From contig JBAYLA010000003.1 of the NCBI GenBank assembly GCA_041664285.1, forward strand, positions 4,684 to 68,683: a DNA stretch of 64,000 bases, read 5' to 3'. Made by a program: the position numbers and the translations under genes. Shown in pieces: positions 49,226 through 58,968 of the stretch; position 1 is the first letter of the stretch, and each line of letters starts with the position of its first letter. Source of the stretch: Minisyncoccota bacterium (GTDB lineage Bacteria > Patescibacteriota > Minisyncoccia > Phycocordibacterales > UBA9973). The notes under the pieces are model-generated. The model did no database searches. It saw nothing but the letters and a program-made list of their open reading frames with translations, and was not told where the DNA came from.

Positions 49226-50422
49226 ATGGCAGCAGAAGAATTTAAAAGAGATAAGCCGCACATTAATGTCGGCACCATCGGTCACGTTGACCATGGAAAG
49301 ACCACTTTAACAGCTGCAATTTTGCATGTGTTAAGTATGGCTGGCAAGACCGTTCGTCTTCGAGGAGTTGATCAAATCGACAATGCTCCTGAAGAAAAAG
49401 CTAGAGGAATTACGATTAATATTTCTCATAACGAATATGCAACTGATGCTCGTCACTACGCACACATCGATGCTCCTGGACACGCGGACTACATTAAAAA
49501 CATGATTACTGGTGCCGCTCAAATGGACGGTGCTATTTTGGTGGTAGCAGCGACAGATGGCGCGATGCCTCAGACTCGTGAACACGTTCTTTTAGCAAAA
49601 CAAGTTGGGGTGCCAAAGATGATTGTTTTCTTGAACAAATGCGATATGGTTGATGATAAAGACATGATTGATATGGTTGAAGAAGAAATTCGTGAACTTC
49701 TTACTAAGCAAGGTTTTGACGGTGCTAATGCTCCTGTTATTCGTGGTTCAGCACTCAAAGCTCTTGAGTCCAAATCTGTGGATGATGAATGGGCAAAAAA
49801 GATTCTTGAATTAACAAATGCTCTTGATACTTATATTCCTGTTCCAGTTCGAGATACAGCTAAACCATTCCTTATGCCAGTTGAAGATATCTTTTCAATT
49901 GAAGGACGTGGTACTGTTGTAACTGGTAAAATTGACCGAGGAGTCATAAAAGTTGGAGAAGAAGTTGAAATCGTTGGAATTAAACCTACACAGAAAACAG
50001 TAGTGACTGGTATTGAAATGTTCAATAAAAATCTTCAAGAAGGTATGGCTGGAGACAATGCTGGAATTTTACTCCGAGGTCTCAAGAAAGAAGACATCAC
50101 TCGTGGACAAGTTTTAGCAAAACCAGGAACTGTTACTCCACACGATAACTTTACGGCTGAAATATATGTTTTGAAAAAAGAAGAGGGTGGACGTCATACG
50201 CCTTTCTTTAAAGGTTATAAGCCTCAGTTTTATATTCGTACAACAGACGTGACTGGTGATGTGACTTTGGCTGAAGGTACAGAAATGGTTATGCCAGGTG
50301 ATACAGTACAAATTACAGTAAAGTTAGTTACCCCAGTTGCTCTTGAAGAAACACAGAAGTTTGCTATTCGTGAAGGAGGCAAGACTGTCGGGGCAGGAGT
50401 CGTTATCAAAATTCTTGGTTAA
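49226..50422 (+). CDS. tuf: elongation factor Tu
   Basis: [22 protein letters not shown] motifs. Confidence 0.97.
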   Translation: MAAEEFKRDKPHINVGTIGHVDHGKTTLTAAILHVLSMAGKTVRLRGVDQIDNAPEEKARGITINISHNEYATDARHYAHIDAPGHADYIKNMITGAAQMDGAILVVAATDGAMPQTREHVLLAKQVGVPKMIVFLNKCDMVDDKDMIDMVEEEIRELLTKQGFDGANAPVIRGSALKALESKSVDDEWAKKILELTNALDTYIPVPVRDTAKPFLMPVEDIFSIEGRGTVVTGKIDRGVIKVGEEVEIVGIKPTQKTVVTGIEMFNKNLQEGMAGDNAGILLRGLKKEDITRGQVLAKPGTVTPHDNFTAEIYVLKKEEGGRHTPFFKGYKPQFYIRTTDVTGDVTLAEGTEMVMPGDTVQITVKLVTPVALEETQKFAIREGGKTVGAGVVIKILG

Positions 50423-50428
50423 AAAATA

Positions 50429-50471
50429 CCACAGGCCAAGCCTAAGGGAAACCCTTAGGCTTGGCCTGTGG
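50429..50471 (+). terminator. 20-bp perfect GC-rich hairpin CCACAGGCCAAGCCTAAGGG-aaa-CCCTTAGGCTTGGCCTGTGG between tuf and rpsJ (terminator/attenuator)
   Basis: perfect inverted repeat seen directly; overlaps the S10 leader. Confidence 0.6.
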
Positions 50472-50482
50472 AACAAAAGTTC

Positions 50483-50923
50483 ATGGCAACAACAGAAAAA
50501 AAAATAAAAAAACCAAAAGTGGCAAAAACCGCAGTAGAGAAATCTACAAAGATACCAAAAGTATCGAAGGTTTCTTCTAAAAAAGAAAAGTCTACTCACG
50601 CAAGTGGTAGCGAAAGTAAAATTATACTTCGTATCAGAGTTCGTGCTTACGAGAGTAAGATTTTAGATGCATCTGTTAAACAAATTATGGATACTGCTAT
50701 CCGTTACGATGCGCAAATAATAGGTCCTGTGCCACTACCAACTGAAATAAAAAAGTATACAGTCAATCGTTCTGCTTTTATTTACAAAAATACCAGAGAA
50801 CAATTTGAAATAAGAGTACACAAAAGATTAATTGACATTATAAATCCGAATGCAAAAACAGTAGAAGCTCTGACTAATCTAACATTACCTTCTGGTGTTG
50901 ATATTGATGTGAAAATGATGTAA
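50483..50923 (+). CDS. rpsJ: 30S ribosomal protein S10 with ~45-aa Lys-rich N-terminal extension
   Basis: ILRIRVRAYESKILD...; ATG 50483 chosen (track start is GTG 50468 inside the hairpin). Confidence 0.9.
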   Translation: MATTEKKIKKPKVAKTAVEKSTKIPKVSKVSSKKEKSTHASGSESKIILRIRVRAYESKILDASVKQIMDTAIRYDAQIIGPVPLPTEIKKYTVNRSAFIYKNTREQFEIRVHKRLIDIINPNAKTVEALTNLTLPSGVDIDVKMM

Positions 50924-50949
50924 TACGAGTTTAACACCACAGCAAAAAT

Positions 50950-51564
50950 ATGAAATTTATATTAGGAACAAAAGAAAATATGGCAGAATACTTTTCCGAG
51001 ACAGGAGAAGTTATTCCAGTTTCTATTGTTTCTGCTCCACCAAGTGTTGTGACTAGAATTTTTGAGAAATCTAAAGATGGCTACAATTCTGTCCAAGTTG
51101 GGTTCGGAATACAAAAAAAGGAAAGAATTACAAAATCCCGAGCTGGCGCCATGAAAGGGGGTTTTTACAAAAACCTTAAAGAATTTAAACTAAAGAGTGC
51201 AGATACAATTAGTGTAAAAGAAGGCGACAACATTGATGTTTCTATTTTTGCTCCTGGTGATAAGATAATCGTATCTAGTATTTCTAAAGGTAAAGGTTTT
51301 CAAGGAGTCGTGAAGCGTCATGGTTTCAGCGGTGGACCACGTTCTCATGGACAGAAGCATTCAGAAAGGGAACCCGGAAGTATTGGAGGTGGACTTCGAA
51401 CTCACGTTCCAAAAGGAATGAGAATGGCAGGTAGAATGGGCGGAGATCGTATTACCCAGAAAAATCTTCAAGTTGTTTTTGTAGATAAAGAAAATAATTT
51501 AATTTTGATTAAGGGAGCAATTGCTGGTCGTCGTGGGACTTTAGTGGAAATAGTTAGTAGATAA
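50950..51564 (+). CDS. rplC: 50S ribosomal protein L3
   Basis: canonical L3 motifs. Confidence 0.95.
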   Translation: MKFILGTKENMAEYFSETGEVIPVSIVSAPPSVVTRIFEKSKDGYNSVQVGFGIQKKERITKSRAGAMKGGFYKNLKEFKLKSADTISVKEGDNIDVSIFAPGDKIIVSSISKGKGFQGVVKRHGFSGGPRSHGQKHSEREPGSIGGGLRTHVPKGMRMAGRMGGDRITQKNLQVVFVDKENNLILIKGAIAGRRGTLVEIVSR

Positions 51565-51565
51565 T

Positions 51566-52252
51566 ATGGCAACAGCAAAAATACAAAATAAAATATCAGC
51601 AAAAATATACAACCAAAAAGGAGCCGAGGCTGGAGTCATTGATCTTCCCGCAAAAGTTTTTGCCGCTAAGTGGCGAGCAGATTTGGTGCATCAAGTGGTA
51701 GAGGGTATGCGTTCCAATAAACGTGCTGGCACAGCTGATACCAAGGATCGCGGAGAAGTACGTGGTGGTGGTAAGAAACCTTGGAAACAAAAGGGAACTG
51801 GCCGTGCCCGACATGGGTCTAGTAGAAGTCCTATTTGGGTTGGTGGAGGTGTTACCCACGGACCACTTGCTGAGAAAAATTATAAAAGAAAAATTTCTAA
51901 AAAGATGCGTGCTCAAGCATTATTTTCTGTACTTTCAAAAAAGTTTAAAGATGGAGAAATTATTTTTATTGATACGCTTTCAGTGTCTTCAATAAAAACA
52001 AAAAATGCAGTTGAAGTTATGAAAAGCCTAGCGAAAGCTTCTGGCTTGAAAGCACTTGGAGGTTCTAAGAAAGCTCGAGTTCTAACAGCCCTTTTTGGAC
52101 GCAACGAACAAGCAGAAAAGAGCTTTAGGAATTTACCACAGCTTGAAATAGTTTTCTTAAAGAATTTAAATCCGCTTGACGTTTTAAATCACCAATATCT
52201 TTTAATAGAGAATCCGGTCGAAAGTATAAAATTTTTAGAAAGCAGAGGATAG
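51566..52252 (+). CDS. rplD: 50S ribosomal protein L4
   Basis: canonical. Confidence 0.95.
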   Translation: MATAKIQNKISAKIYNQKGAEAGVIDLPAKVFAAKWRADLVHQVVEGMRSNKRAGTADTKDRGEVRGGGKKPWKQKGTGRARHGSSRSPIWVGGGVTHGPLAEKNYKRKISKKMRAQALFSVLSKKFKDGEIIFIDTLSVSSIKTKNAVEVMKSLAKASGLKALGGSKKARVLTALFGRNEQAEKSFRNLPQLEIVFLKNLNPLDVLNHQYLLIENPVESIKFLESRG

Positions 52253-52283
52253 AGAATTTTTTAAAAAAATTTTTTAAAACGAC

Positions 52284-52553
52284 ATGACAACAATAATCAA
52301 AAATCCAAGAATCACCGAGAAAGCATCTTTTTCCCTTGAACAAAATGTTTATACTTTTGATATTACTGCTTCTGCTAATAAGACAGAAATAAAAAAAGCT
52401 ATCTTTGCACTCTATAAAGTAAAACCAATTAAAGTGAATGTCTTAACTATTCCTAGGAAAAAAATTATGTCCAAAGGCAAAGTTGGGAAAAAGGGTGGAG
52501 GTCGCAAAGCTTTTGTTTATTTAAAAAAGGGCGATAAGTTAGAATTTATATAG
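52284..52553 (+). CDS. rplW: 50S ribosomal protein L23
   Basis: canonical. Confidence 0.9.
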   Translation: MTTIIKNPRITEKASFSLEQNVYTFDITASANKTEIKKAIFALYKVKPIKVNVLTIPRKKIMSKGKVGKKGGGRKAFVYLKKGDKLEFI

Positions 52554-52579
52554 TCTTTCAGTAGGCTCAAGATAAAATT

Positions 52580-53419
52580 ATGAAAACATATAAACCAACA
52601 ACAAAATCTCGAAGACAAATGACTAATGTGAATTACAGAGGAGTTTTGACCACTTCGACACCTACCAAATCTCTTACCCACGGCTTTAGACGCAGTGTAG
52701 GAAGAAATAGCGCAGGGCGTATTACCATGAGACACAAAGGCAGTGGGCACAAGCGTCTTTTCAGAGAAGTTGATTTTTTATATGACAAAAAAGAAATACC
52801 AGCAAAAATAAAAACTATCGAATACGATCCAAATCGCTCAGCTTTTATTGGATTGGCTGTTTACAAAGATGGAGAGAAAAGATATGTGGTTGTACCCAAG
52901 GCTGTCAAAGTAGGGGACTCTTTCATTGTCTCTGAAAAAGCAGAAATTAAAACAGGCAACAGGCTTCCTTTGAAAAGTATCCCAGTTGGAACCTTTGTTT
53001 ATAATGTTGAAATCAAAAGACACGGCGGTGCTAAGATTGGCCGTAGTGCAGGAATTTTTGCCCAAGTGGTCGCAAATGCTGATGGATATACCAATTTGAA
53101 AATGCCTTCAACCGAAGTAAGAAAAATAAATGAAAATTGCTGGGCTTGTGTCGGGACTGTTTCTAACGAAGAACATCACTTAGAAAATTACGGTAAAGCG
53201 GGCCGAAGTCGCTGGAAAGGAATTCGTCCGACTGTTCGTGGTACTGCGATGAACCCAGTAGATCATCCATACGGAGGGGGAGAAGGCAGACAAGGCAGAG
53301 GAACCAAAAGACCGAAAACAATGTGGGGTAAAGTGACTGGAGGAAGGAAAACCCGTAGTCCGAAGAAATATTCAAATGTATTTTTGGTCTCTCGTAGGAA
53401 AACTGGAAAGAATAAATAA
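52580..53419 (+). CDS. rplB: 50S ribosomal protein L2
   Basis: canonical (GGEGRQ, RNxxxxxG motifs). Confidence 0.95.
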   Translation: MKTYKPTTKSRRQMTNVNYRGVLTTSTPTKSLTHGFRRSVGRNSAGRITMRHKGSGHKRLFREVDFLYDKKEIPAKIKTIEYDPNRSAFIGLAVYKDGEKRYVVVPKAVKVGDSFIVSEKAEIKTGNRLPLKSIPVGTFVYNVEIKRHGGAKIGRSAGIFAQVVANADGYTNLKMPSTEVRKINENCWACVGTVSNEEHHLENYGKAGRSRWKGIRPTVRGTAMNPVDHPYGGGEGRQGRGTKRPKTMWGKVTGGRKTRSPKKYSNVFLVSRRKTGKNK

Positions 53420-53430
53420 AAATAAACAAA

Positions 53431-53458
53431 AAACCTCCCAAACGGGAGGTTTTGTTTT
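53431..53458 (+). terminator. rho-independent terminator CCTCCC-aaac-GGGAGG + T-run after rplB
   Basis: seen directly. Confidence 0.6.
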
Positions 53459-53581
53459 CCCCCATATTTTATTGCCTTTTTCTATATAAATGGTATAAAC
53501 ATAAATGAATCTGCTCTTTGGTATTTTTTCTCTAGCCGGAGAAGCGGGTATCTTTAACTTTTTTTAAGGAGGGTTCCATAG

Positions 53582-53740
53582 ATGACAAAAAAAGAAAGGG
53601 TGGCGCGTATTAAAGCGCAAAACGATGCAGCCAAGAGGGCTATAGAGAAACAAAAGGCAATATCCAGAGCCACAACAGGAGGGTTATTGTTTACCACAAA
53701 TAAGAATCGGATTGAAGTCAAGAAATTCGTTCTTATCTGA
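53582..53740 (+). CDS. small basic protein (52 aa) with strong SD AAGGAGG; possibly a divergent ribosomal protein L33
   Basis: Not in ORF track (<60 aa). MTKKERVARIKAQNDAAKRAIEKQKAISRATTGGLLFTTNKNRIEVKKFVLI; ...FTTNKNR..EVKKF resembles L33 core YTTTKNKR...LELKKY. Confidence 0.4.
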   Translation: MTKKERVARIKAQNDAAKRAIEKQKAISRATTGGLLFTTNKNRIEVKKFVLI

Positions 53741-53826
53741 TGGAGTTGTTAATTTTAGTAAAGTTAAGGTTTCCGAGTAAGTTGTTTGGAAGTCTTACGA
53801 ATTTTTAATTCAAGGTATCTTTTTTA

Positions 53827-53869
53827 CGGAGGTTTCAACATTTTATCGTTGAGACCTCCGAGCTTTTTT
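53827..53869 (+). terminator. rho-independent terminator CGGAGGTTTCAAC-attttatc-GTTGAGACCTCCG + T6
   Basis: 13-bp stem (one G-U) with T-run. Confidence 0.65.
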
Positions 53870-53919
53870 ATATCTCCAAACGGCTCATTTCCCACTGTTT
53901 GAGCCATTCACTGTTTTAC

Positions 53920-53947
53920 TTGCATTTTTATATATATTTGTTAGTAT
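53920..53947 (+). promoter_or_regulatory. candidate promoter TTGCAT-16-TAGTAT upstream of rpsS
   Basis: hexamers seen; restart of r-protein transcription after terminator. Confidence 0.35.
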
Positions 53948-53997
53948 GATTTAAGGCTCAAATGAGAGCCATTTTGTTTATATAAGAAGAAAAATTC

Positions 53998-54345
53998 ATG
54001 ACCAGAAGTATCAAAAAAGGATTATATGTCGACGAAAGGCTCTTAAAAAAGATTGCCGGTAAAAACCCGTTGCAGACTCCAATGGTGAAGACTTGGAAAA
54101 GAGCTTGCGTGATTTCTCCCGAGATGCTTGGTTTCACTTTCGGTGTTTATAATGGCAAAGTTCATGTGGAAGTTTTAGTGACTGAAGATATGGTAGGTCA
54201 CAGACTTGGAGAATTTTCTCCAACCAAGAAATTTATGAAACATGGAGGAAAGATGCAGAAAGAGCTTGAACAAAAGAAAAAAGAAGCAGAAATAACAGCT
54301 GCTAAAGGGGCGACCGCAGCTGCAGCTGACGCTAAGAAAAAATAA
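53998..54345 (+). CDS. rpsS: 30S ribosomal protein S19 (with Lys/Ala-rich C-terminal extension)
   Basis: canonical. Confidence 0.95.
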   Translation: MTRSIKKGLYVDERLLKKIAGKNPLQTPMVKTWKRACVISPEMLGFTFGVYNGKVHVEVLVTEDMVGHRLGEFSPTKKFMKHGGKMQKELEQKKKEAEITAAKGATAAAADAKKK

Positions 54346-54356
54346 TTATCAAAACA

Positions 54357-54749
54357 ATGAAAGCATTTTTAAAAAACTACAGACAATCTCCAAGAAAAGT
54401 TCGTTTAGTCGCGGAACTTATCAAAGGTAAAAAAGTATCCGAGGCAATTGCGGAGCTTGATTTTTTAGCTAAACGCGCAGGATTACCGATTAAGAAGCTT
54501 TTACTCTCTGCTGTAGCTAATGCAAAAAGTACTGGAGTAGAAGTAGAGAACTTATTTGTAAAAGAATTGCGAGTAGACAAAGGTATTACCATGAAGAGAA
54601 TGATGCCGGCAGCGATGGGTACAGGACACCGAATAAACAAACGCACTAGCCACCTCAACCTTCTTTTAGCAGAAAAAGTTGTCGCTGTAAAAAAATCCCG
54701 CGGTCATAAACCTAAGGGCGAAACAAAAGCTAAAAAAGCAAATAAATAA
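54357..54749 (+). CDS. rplV: 50S ribosomal protein L22
   Basis: canonical. Confidence 0.95.
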   Translation: MKAFLKNYRQSPRKVRLVAELIKGKKVSEAIAELDFLAKRAGLPIKKLLLSAVANAKSTGVEVENLFVKELRVDKGITMKRMMPAAMGTGHRINKRTSHLNLLLAEKVVAVKKSRGHKPKGETKAKKANK

Positions 54750-54753
54750 TTTT

Positions 54754-55503
54754 ATGTCAAAAATAGTTCACCCATATGCACATAGATTGATAATACTGAG
54801 AGACTGGAAGTCTCGTTGGTTTGCTGATCCGAAAAAATATATCTCTTATTTAAAAGGGGATGTTTTAATACGTCAATATTTAGAAAAGAAATTACGAGGG
54901 ATGTATGTTTCTAGTATTGAAATTGAAAGAAGCCGAAAAGCTACTCGTTTTATAATTAAAACTTCTCGCCCAGGCCTTCTGATTGGCAGAAGTGGTGAAG
55001 GAGCGACTAAACTTAAAGAAGACATTTTAAAGAAAATGGATAAGTTAAAATTAGTCCGACCAGAAGACTTCAAACTTGAAATTGTAGAAGTTTCAAATCC
55101 AGAAGCTGATGCCGCTATTGTTGCTTATATGATTGCCGAAGGATTAGAAAAAAGAATGCCTTATCGCCGAGTCATCAAGCAAATTATAGAAAAAGTTATG
55201 CAGACCAACGGCGTTGAAGGTGCCAGGATTGTGTTATCAGGTCGTTTGGGTGGAGCTGAAATTGCTCGTACTGAAGAGCTGAAGCGTGGCTCTATTCCAC
55301 TTCAGAGTTTTAGGGCAGATATTGATTTCAAACGTGAACGTGCGACCCTTTCATATGGTGTGGTTGGTATAAAAGTTTGGATTTATCGTGGTAAAATTTT
55401 TGCTGACAAGAAACCCGCACGCAGTACTTATGTTTCTGCTGGTGCAGCTGATGCAAAAGAGAACGCTTCCGGTTCATTAAAAGGTTTAGAAAAGACAGAT
55501 TAA
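54754..55503 (+). CDS. rpsC: 30S ribosomal protein S3
   Basis: KH domain. Confidence 0.95.
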   Translation: MSKIVHPYAHRLIILRDWKSRWFADPKKYISYLKGDVLIRQYLEKKLRGMYVSSIEIERSRKATRFIIKTSRPGLLIGRSGEGATKLKEDILKKMDKLKLVRPEDFKLEIVEVSNPEADAAIVAYMIAEGLEKRMPYRRVIKQIIEKVMQTNGVEGARIVLSGRLGGAEIARTEELKRGSIPLQSFRADIDFKRERATLSYGVVGIKVWIYRGKIFADKKPARSTYVSAGAADAKENASGSLKGLEKTD

Positions 55504-55506
55504 TTT

Positions 55507-55935
55507 ATGTTAACTCCTAAAAAAGTAAAATTTAGAAAATGGCAAACTGGACGTTCAAATCCAAAAGCACGAACTGCAGATACTCGTGGCGTTAAATTGG
55601 CTTTTGGTTCTTTTGGTTTAAAATCTGAAACTCAAGCACGCATAAAGTCAACTCAAATTGAATCTGCTCGAAAAGTTATTTCTCGTACCTTAACCAAAAC
55701 TGGTAAATATTGGATTCGTATTTTTCCAGACCGTCCTTTTACTTCTAAGGCAGCTGAGGTGGGCATGGGAAAAGGGAAAGGGGATCCACAAGGATATTGT
55801 TTTGATGTTTTACCAGGACGAATTATTTTCGAAGTAGATGGAGTGGATGAAGCTATCGCTCGTGAAGCTTTACGAAAAGCAGGCAGTAAGCTTCCAATTA
55901 AAACTCGAATTGTTTCGAGAGCCCATAAACAATAA
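55507..55935 (+). CDS. rplP: 50S ribosomal protein L16
   Basis: canonical. Confidence 0.95.
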   Translation: MLTPKKVKFRKWQTGRSNPKARTADTRGVKLAFGSFGLKSETQARIKSTQIESARKVISRTLTKTGKYWIRIFPDRPFTSKAAEVGMGKGKGDPQGYCFDVLPGRIIFEVDGVDEAIAREALRKAGSKLPIKTRIVSRAHKQ

Positions 55936-55938
55936 TAT

Positions 55939-56127
55939 ATGAAAAACAACAAAGTAAATTTCAAAGAAATGAAAAAAGATGAATTAGAAAAGAAATTAAT
56001 TTCTTTAAGAGAAGAAATTAGAGTTATAAAATTTAGAACAGAAGGTTCAAAATCAAAAAATGTTAAAGAACTTGCGACCCTAAGAAAACAAATTGCTAAG
56101 GTCTTAACTGAAATAAATAAAAAATAA
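55939..56127 (+). CDS. rpmC: 50S ribosomal protein L29
   Basis: canonical. Confidence 0.9.
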   Translation: MKNNKVNFKEMKKDELEKKLISLREEIRVIKFRTEGSKSKNVKELATLRKQIAKVLTEINKK

Positions 56128-56131
56128 TTAT

Positions 56132-56413
56132 ATGGCAAATAAAGTAAAAAAAGAAATAACAGAAAAGAAAGGCAATATTTTAAAAGGTGTTGTTGTTTCT
56201 GATAAAATGGACAAGACCATTGTTGTTTCTGTGTCCAGATTTGTTAAGCATCCACTTTATGGAAAATTTTATAAAATCAGCAAAAAATACAAAGCACACG
56301 ATAGCAATAATCAATTTAAAATAGGTGATAAAGTAGAAATAGTTGAAACTCGACCAATTTCTAAAGATAAAAGATTTAAAGTAGTTACCCACGCTAAAGC
56401 GGGGCAAGAATAA
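56132..56413 (+). CDS. rpsQ: 30S ribosomal protein S17
   Basis: canonical. Confidence 0.95.
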   Translation: MANKVKKEITEKKGNILKGVVVSDKMDKTIVVSVSRFVKHPLYGKFYKISKKYKAHDSNNQFKIGDKVEIVETRPISKDKRFKVVTHAKAGQE

Positions 56414-56417
56414 TTTT

Positions 56418-56789
56418 ATGATTCAAAATGAAACTTTAGTAAAAATAACAGACAATGCTGGAGGCACCGTTGGAAAGGTGTTTAAGATTTTAGGGTCTTC
56501 TAAGAAAAGATATGCCAGACTTGGCGAGTTGGTTATTATTTCTGTAAAAGTGGCTAGTCCTAGAAAGGGAGTTAAAAAGAAAGATGTTCATCAAGCTGTA
56601 GTTGTGCGTACCAGAGGTGCCTATAGACGTAAAGATGGTTCCTATATTCGTTTTGATGATAATGCTGTAGTTATTTTAGAAAAAGGAAAGAAAGATCCGA
56701 AAGCTGGTCGCGTCTTTGGCCCGATTCCGAGAGAATTAGCTGAGAAAGGATTCCAGAAAATAATTTCTTTAGCACAAGAAGTAATTTAA
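56418..56789 (+). CDS. rplN: 50S ribosomal protein L14
   Basis: canonical. Confidence 0.95.
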   Translation: MIQNETLVKITDNAGGTVGKVFKILGSSKKRYARLGELVIISVKVASPRKGVKKKDVHQAVVVRTRGAYRRKDGSYIRFDDNAVVILEKGKKDPKAGRVFGPIPRELAEKGFQKIISLAQEVI

Positions 56790-56799
56790 TAATAAATTT

Positions 56800-57018
56800 A
56801 TGAAAATCAAAAAAGGAGATAATGTAAAAATTATTACTGGTAAAGACAAAGGAAAATCTGGAAAGATTGTCCGTGTTTTAGTTAAAGAAAATAAAGTGGT
56901 GGTAGAAGGATTGAATATGATGAAGAAACATCAGCGTCCCAGAAAAACTAACGAGAAAGGAAGTATGGTTAATATAGCTATGCCTATTGCTGCTTCTAAT
57001 GTTAAAAAAGTAGAATAA
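56800..57018 (+). CDS. rplX: 50S ribosomal protein L24 (short, 72 aa)
   Basis: KOW motif. Confidence 0.9.
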   Translation: MKIKKGDNVKIITGKDKGKSGKIVRVLVKENKVVVEGLNMMKKHQRPRKTNEKGSMVNIAMPIAASNVKKVE

Positions 57019-57035
57019 TTTATCAAAAGAAATAT

Positions 57036-57602
57036 ATGAAACATTTAACCGTAAAAGAAAAAGAAAAGGAAAGTTTTGAAAAAATGAAAAGTGTTTTTCA
57101 TTACAAAAACGCCTTAGCCACACCAAAGATGGAAAAGATTGTCATCAATGTTGGTACTGGAACGATGGTGAAAAAAGATAAGAATAAAAATGAAGCCATT
57201 GGTGATCGTTTAGCAAAAATTACTGGTCAAAAGACTGCTTTACGTGGAGCCAAACAATCTATCTCATCTTTCAAAATTCGTCAGGGTGACCCTGTTGGAG
57301 TGGTGGTTACCTTACGTGGTAAAAGAATGTATGTCTTTTTAGAAAAGCTTATTAATATTGCTCTTCCTCGAACTAAAGACTTTAGAGGTATTAATCGTAA
57401 TGCTGTAGACAATATTGGCAATCTTACTATCGGTATAAAGGAACATACAATCTTTCCAGAAACAGCAGATGAAGATATCAGAGATATTTTTGGAATGTCT
57501 ATCACCTTAGTTTCTTCTGCTAAAAATAAAAAAGAAGGTACAGCCTTTTTTGAAATTTTAGGTATTCCTTTTAAGAAAGAAGAGGATTCTAAGAAGAAAT
57601 AA
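57036..57602 (+). CDS. rplE: 50S ribosomal protein L5
   Basis: canonical. Confidence 0.95.
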   Translation: MKHLTVKEKEKESFEKMKSVFHYKNALATPKMEKIVINVGTGTMVKKDKNKNEAIGDRLAKITGQKTALRGAKQSISSFKIRQGDPVGVVVTLRGKRMYVFLEKLINIALPRTKDFRGINRNAVDNIGNLTIGIKEHTIFPETADEDIRDIFGMSITLVSSAKNKKEGTAFFEILGIPFKKEEDSKKK

Positions 57603-57603
57603 A

Positions 57604-57644
57604 GTCAAACCCCCACACCTTTTAAAAAGGTGTGGGGGTTTGAC
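57604..57644. repeat. CCCCCAC-core perfect palindrome GTCAAACCCCCACACCTTTT/AAAAGGTGTGGGGGTTTGAC directly after rplE stop
   Basis: 20-bp perfect inverted repeat with no loop; atypical ~180 bp gap before rpsZ. Confidence 0.6.
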
Positions 57645-57781
57645 TAATCTATGTTTTTTTGTTAGTATCTTAGGTAAGGGAAGATAGCTTTAATTAATCC
57701 ATTTTTCTCCTTTAACTCTTTATTTGTAAAGATTTAAAGAAAAAAAGTGAGATATTGTAAGGCTTTCCCATATATTATTTT

Positions 57782-57967
57782 ATGGCTAAAACATCAGTTG
57801 TCGCAAGAAGTAAAAAGAAACCTAAATTTTCTACTCGAGCTAAGAATCGATGTTTTCGCTGTGGCCGAGGAAATGCTTTTATGAGGGACTTCGGCTTGTG
57901 TCGTATTTGTTTTAGAGAATTAGCAAACGAAGGAATGTTGCCAGGAGTTAGGAAATCAAGTTGGTAG
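57782..57967 (+). CDS. rpsZ: 30S ribosomal protein S14 type Z (zinc-binding)
   Basis: CFRCGRGNA...CRIC. Confidence 0.95.
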   Translation: MAKTSVVARSKKKPKFSTRAKNRCFRCGRGNAFMRDFGLCRICFRELANEGMLPGVRKSSW

Positions 57968-57988
57968 TTAAACAAGTTCACTAAATTT

Positions 57989-58375
57989 ATGGATTCAATT
58001 TCAAACATGATAATAATAATGAAGAACGGATCACTTGCAGGCAAGGAGTCTGTATTAATTCCATATTCAAAGATGAAAAATGCTATTGGTGAGTGTTTGA
58101 AAAAAGCAGGATATATTTCTGAAATTTCCAAAAAAGTAAAAAAAGGTCAGCCTTTGTTGGAAGTGGGTTTGATTTACATAGACAAGAAACCAAAAATTAC
58201 AGAAGTAGAAAGAATTTCTAAGCAGTCCAGACGAGTTTACTTTGGGATGAAGGATATTCATTCTGTCCGAAACGGGACAGGGATACTTGTGCTTTCAACG
58301 CCTAAAGGGATTTTATCAGGGAAAGAAGCTCGCAAGGAGCAAGTCGGAGGAGAAGCATTATTCAGGCTTTGGTAA
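57989..58375 (+). CDS. rpsH: 30S ribosomal protein S8
   Basis: canonical. Confidence 0.95.
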   Translation: MDSISNMIIIMKNGSLAGKESVLIPYSKMKNAIGECLKKAGYISEISKKVKKGQPLLEVGLIYIDKKPKITEVERISKQSRRVYFGMKDIHSVRNGTGILVLSTPKGILSGKEARKEQVGGEALFRLW

Positions 58376-58407
58376 TTGGAATAAATTAAATTTTATAAAG
58401 AAAATAT

Positions 58408-58941
58408 ATGAGTAGAATAGGCAAACAAGAAATACAAATACCAGCAGGAGTCAAAGTCACCCAAGATGGCAATACTGTTACAGTTGTTGGGCCAAAGGGT
58501 ACCTTGAGTAGAGTTTTTAGAGATGATATTACGATTATTATTTCTGATAAAAATATAACTTTGAATATAAAAAGGAACGATAAGTTTTCCAAGTCTCTTT
58601 GGGGTACTTATGCTTCTCATCTAAAAAATATGATTGTGGGAGTAGTCACACCATATCAAAAGAAATTAATTTTAGAAGGGGTGGGGTTCAAGTCAGAAGT
58701 TAAAGGCAAAGAATTTAATTTTGCTTTAGGGTTTTCTCATCCAGTGATTGTTAAAATACCAGAAGGCATTACTGCGACTGCTGAGAAAAATAACATTACG
58801 ATTACCGGAATTGATAAGGAATTAGTTGGAAGTTTTACAGCAGCCATTCGCGCCTTGAAAAAGCCTGAGCCTTATAAGGGTAAAGGTATGCGTTACGAAG
58901 GTGAAGTTATAAGAAGAAAACAAGGTAAAAAGACAGTATAG
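58408..58941 (+). CDS. rplF: 50S ribosomal protein L6
   Basis: canonical. Confidence 0.95.
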   Translation: MSRIGKQEIQIPAGVKVTQDGNTVTVVGPKGTLSRVFRDDITIIISDKNITLNIKRNDKFSKSLWGTYASHLKNMIVGVVTPYQKKLILEGVGFKSEVKGKEFNFALGFSHPVIVKIPEGITATAEKNNITITGIDKELVGSFTAAIRALKKPEPYKGKGMRYEGEVIRRKQGKKTV

Positions 58942-58968
58942 TATAGTTAAAAAAGTTCATAAATTAAA

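Noticed and set aside
53473-53499. Promoter TTGCCT-15-TATAAA for the small L33-like ORF
   Set aside because: A spacer of 15 nt is too short to assert; transcription may instead read through from elsewhere.
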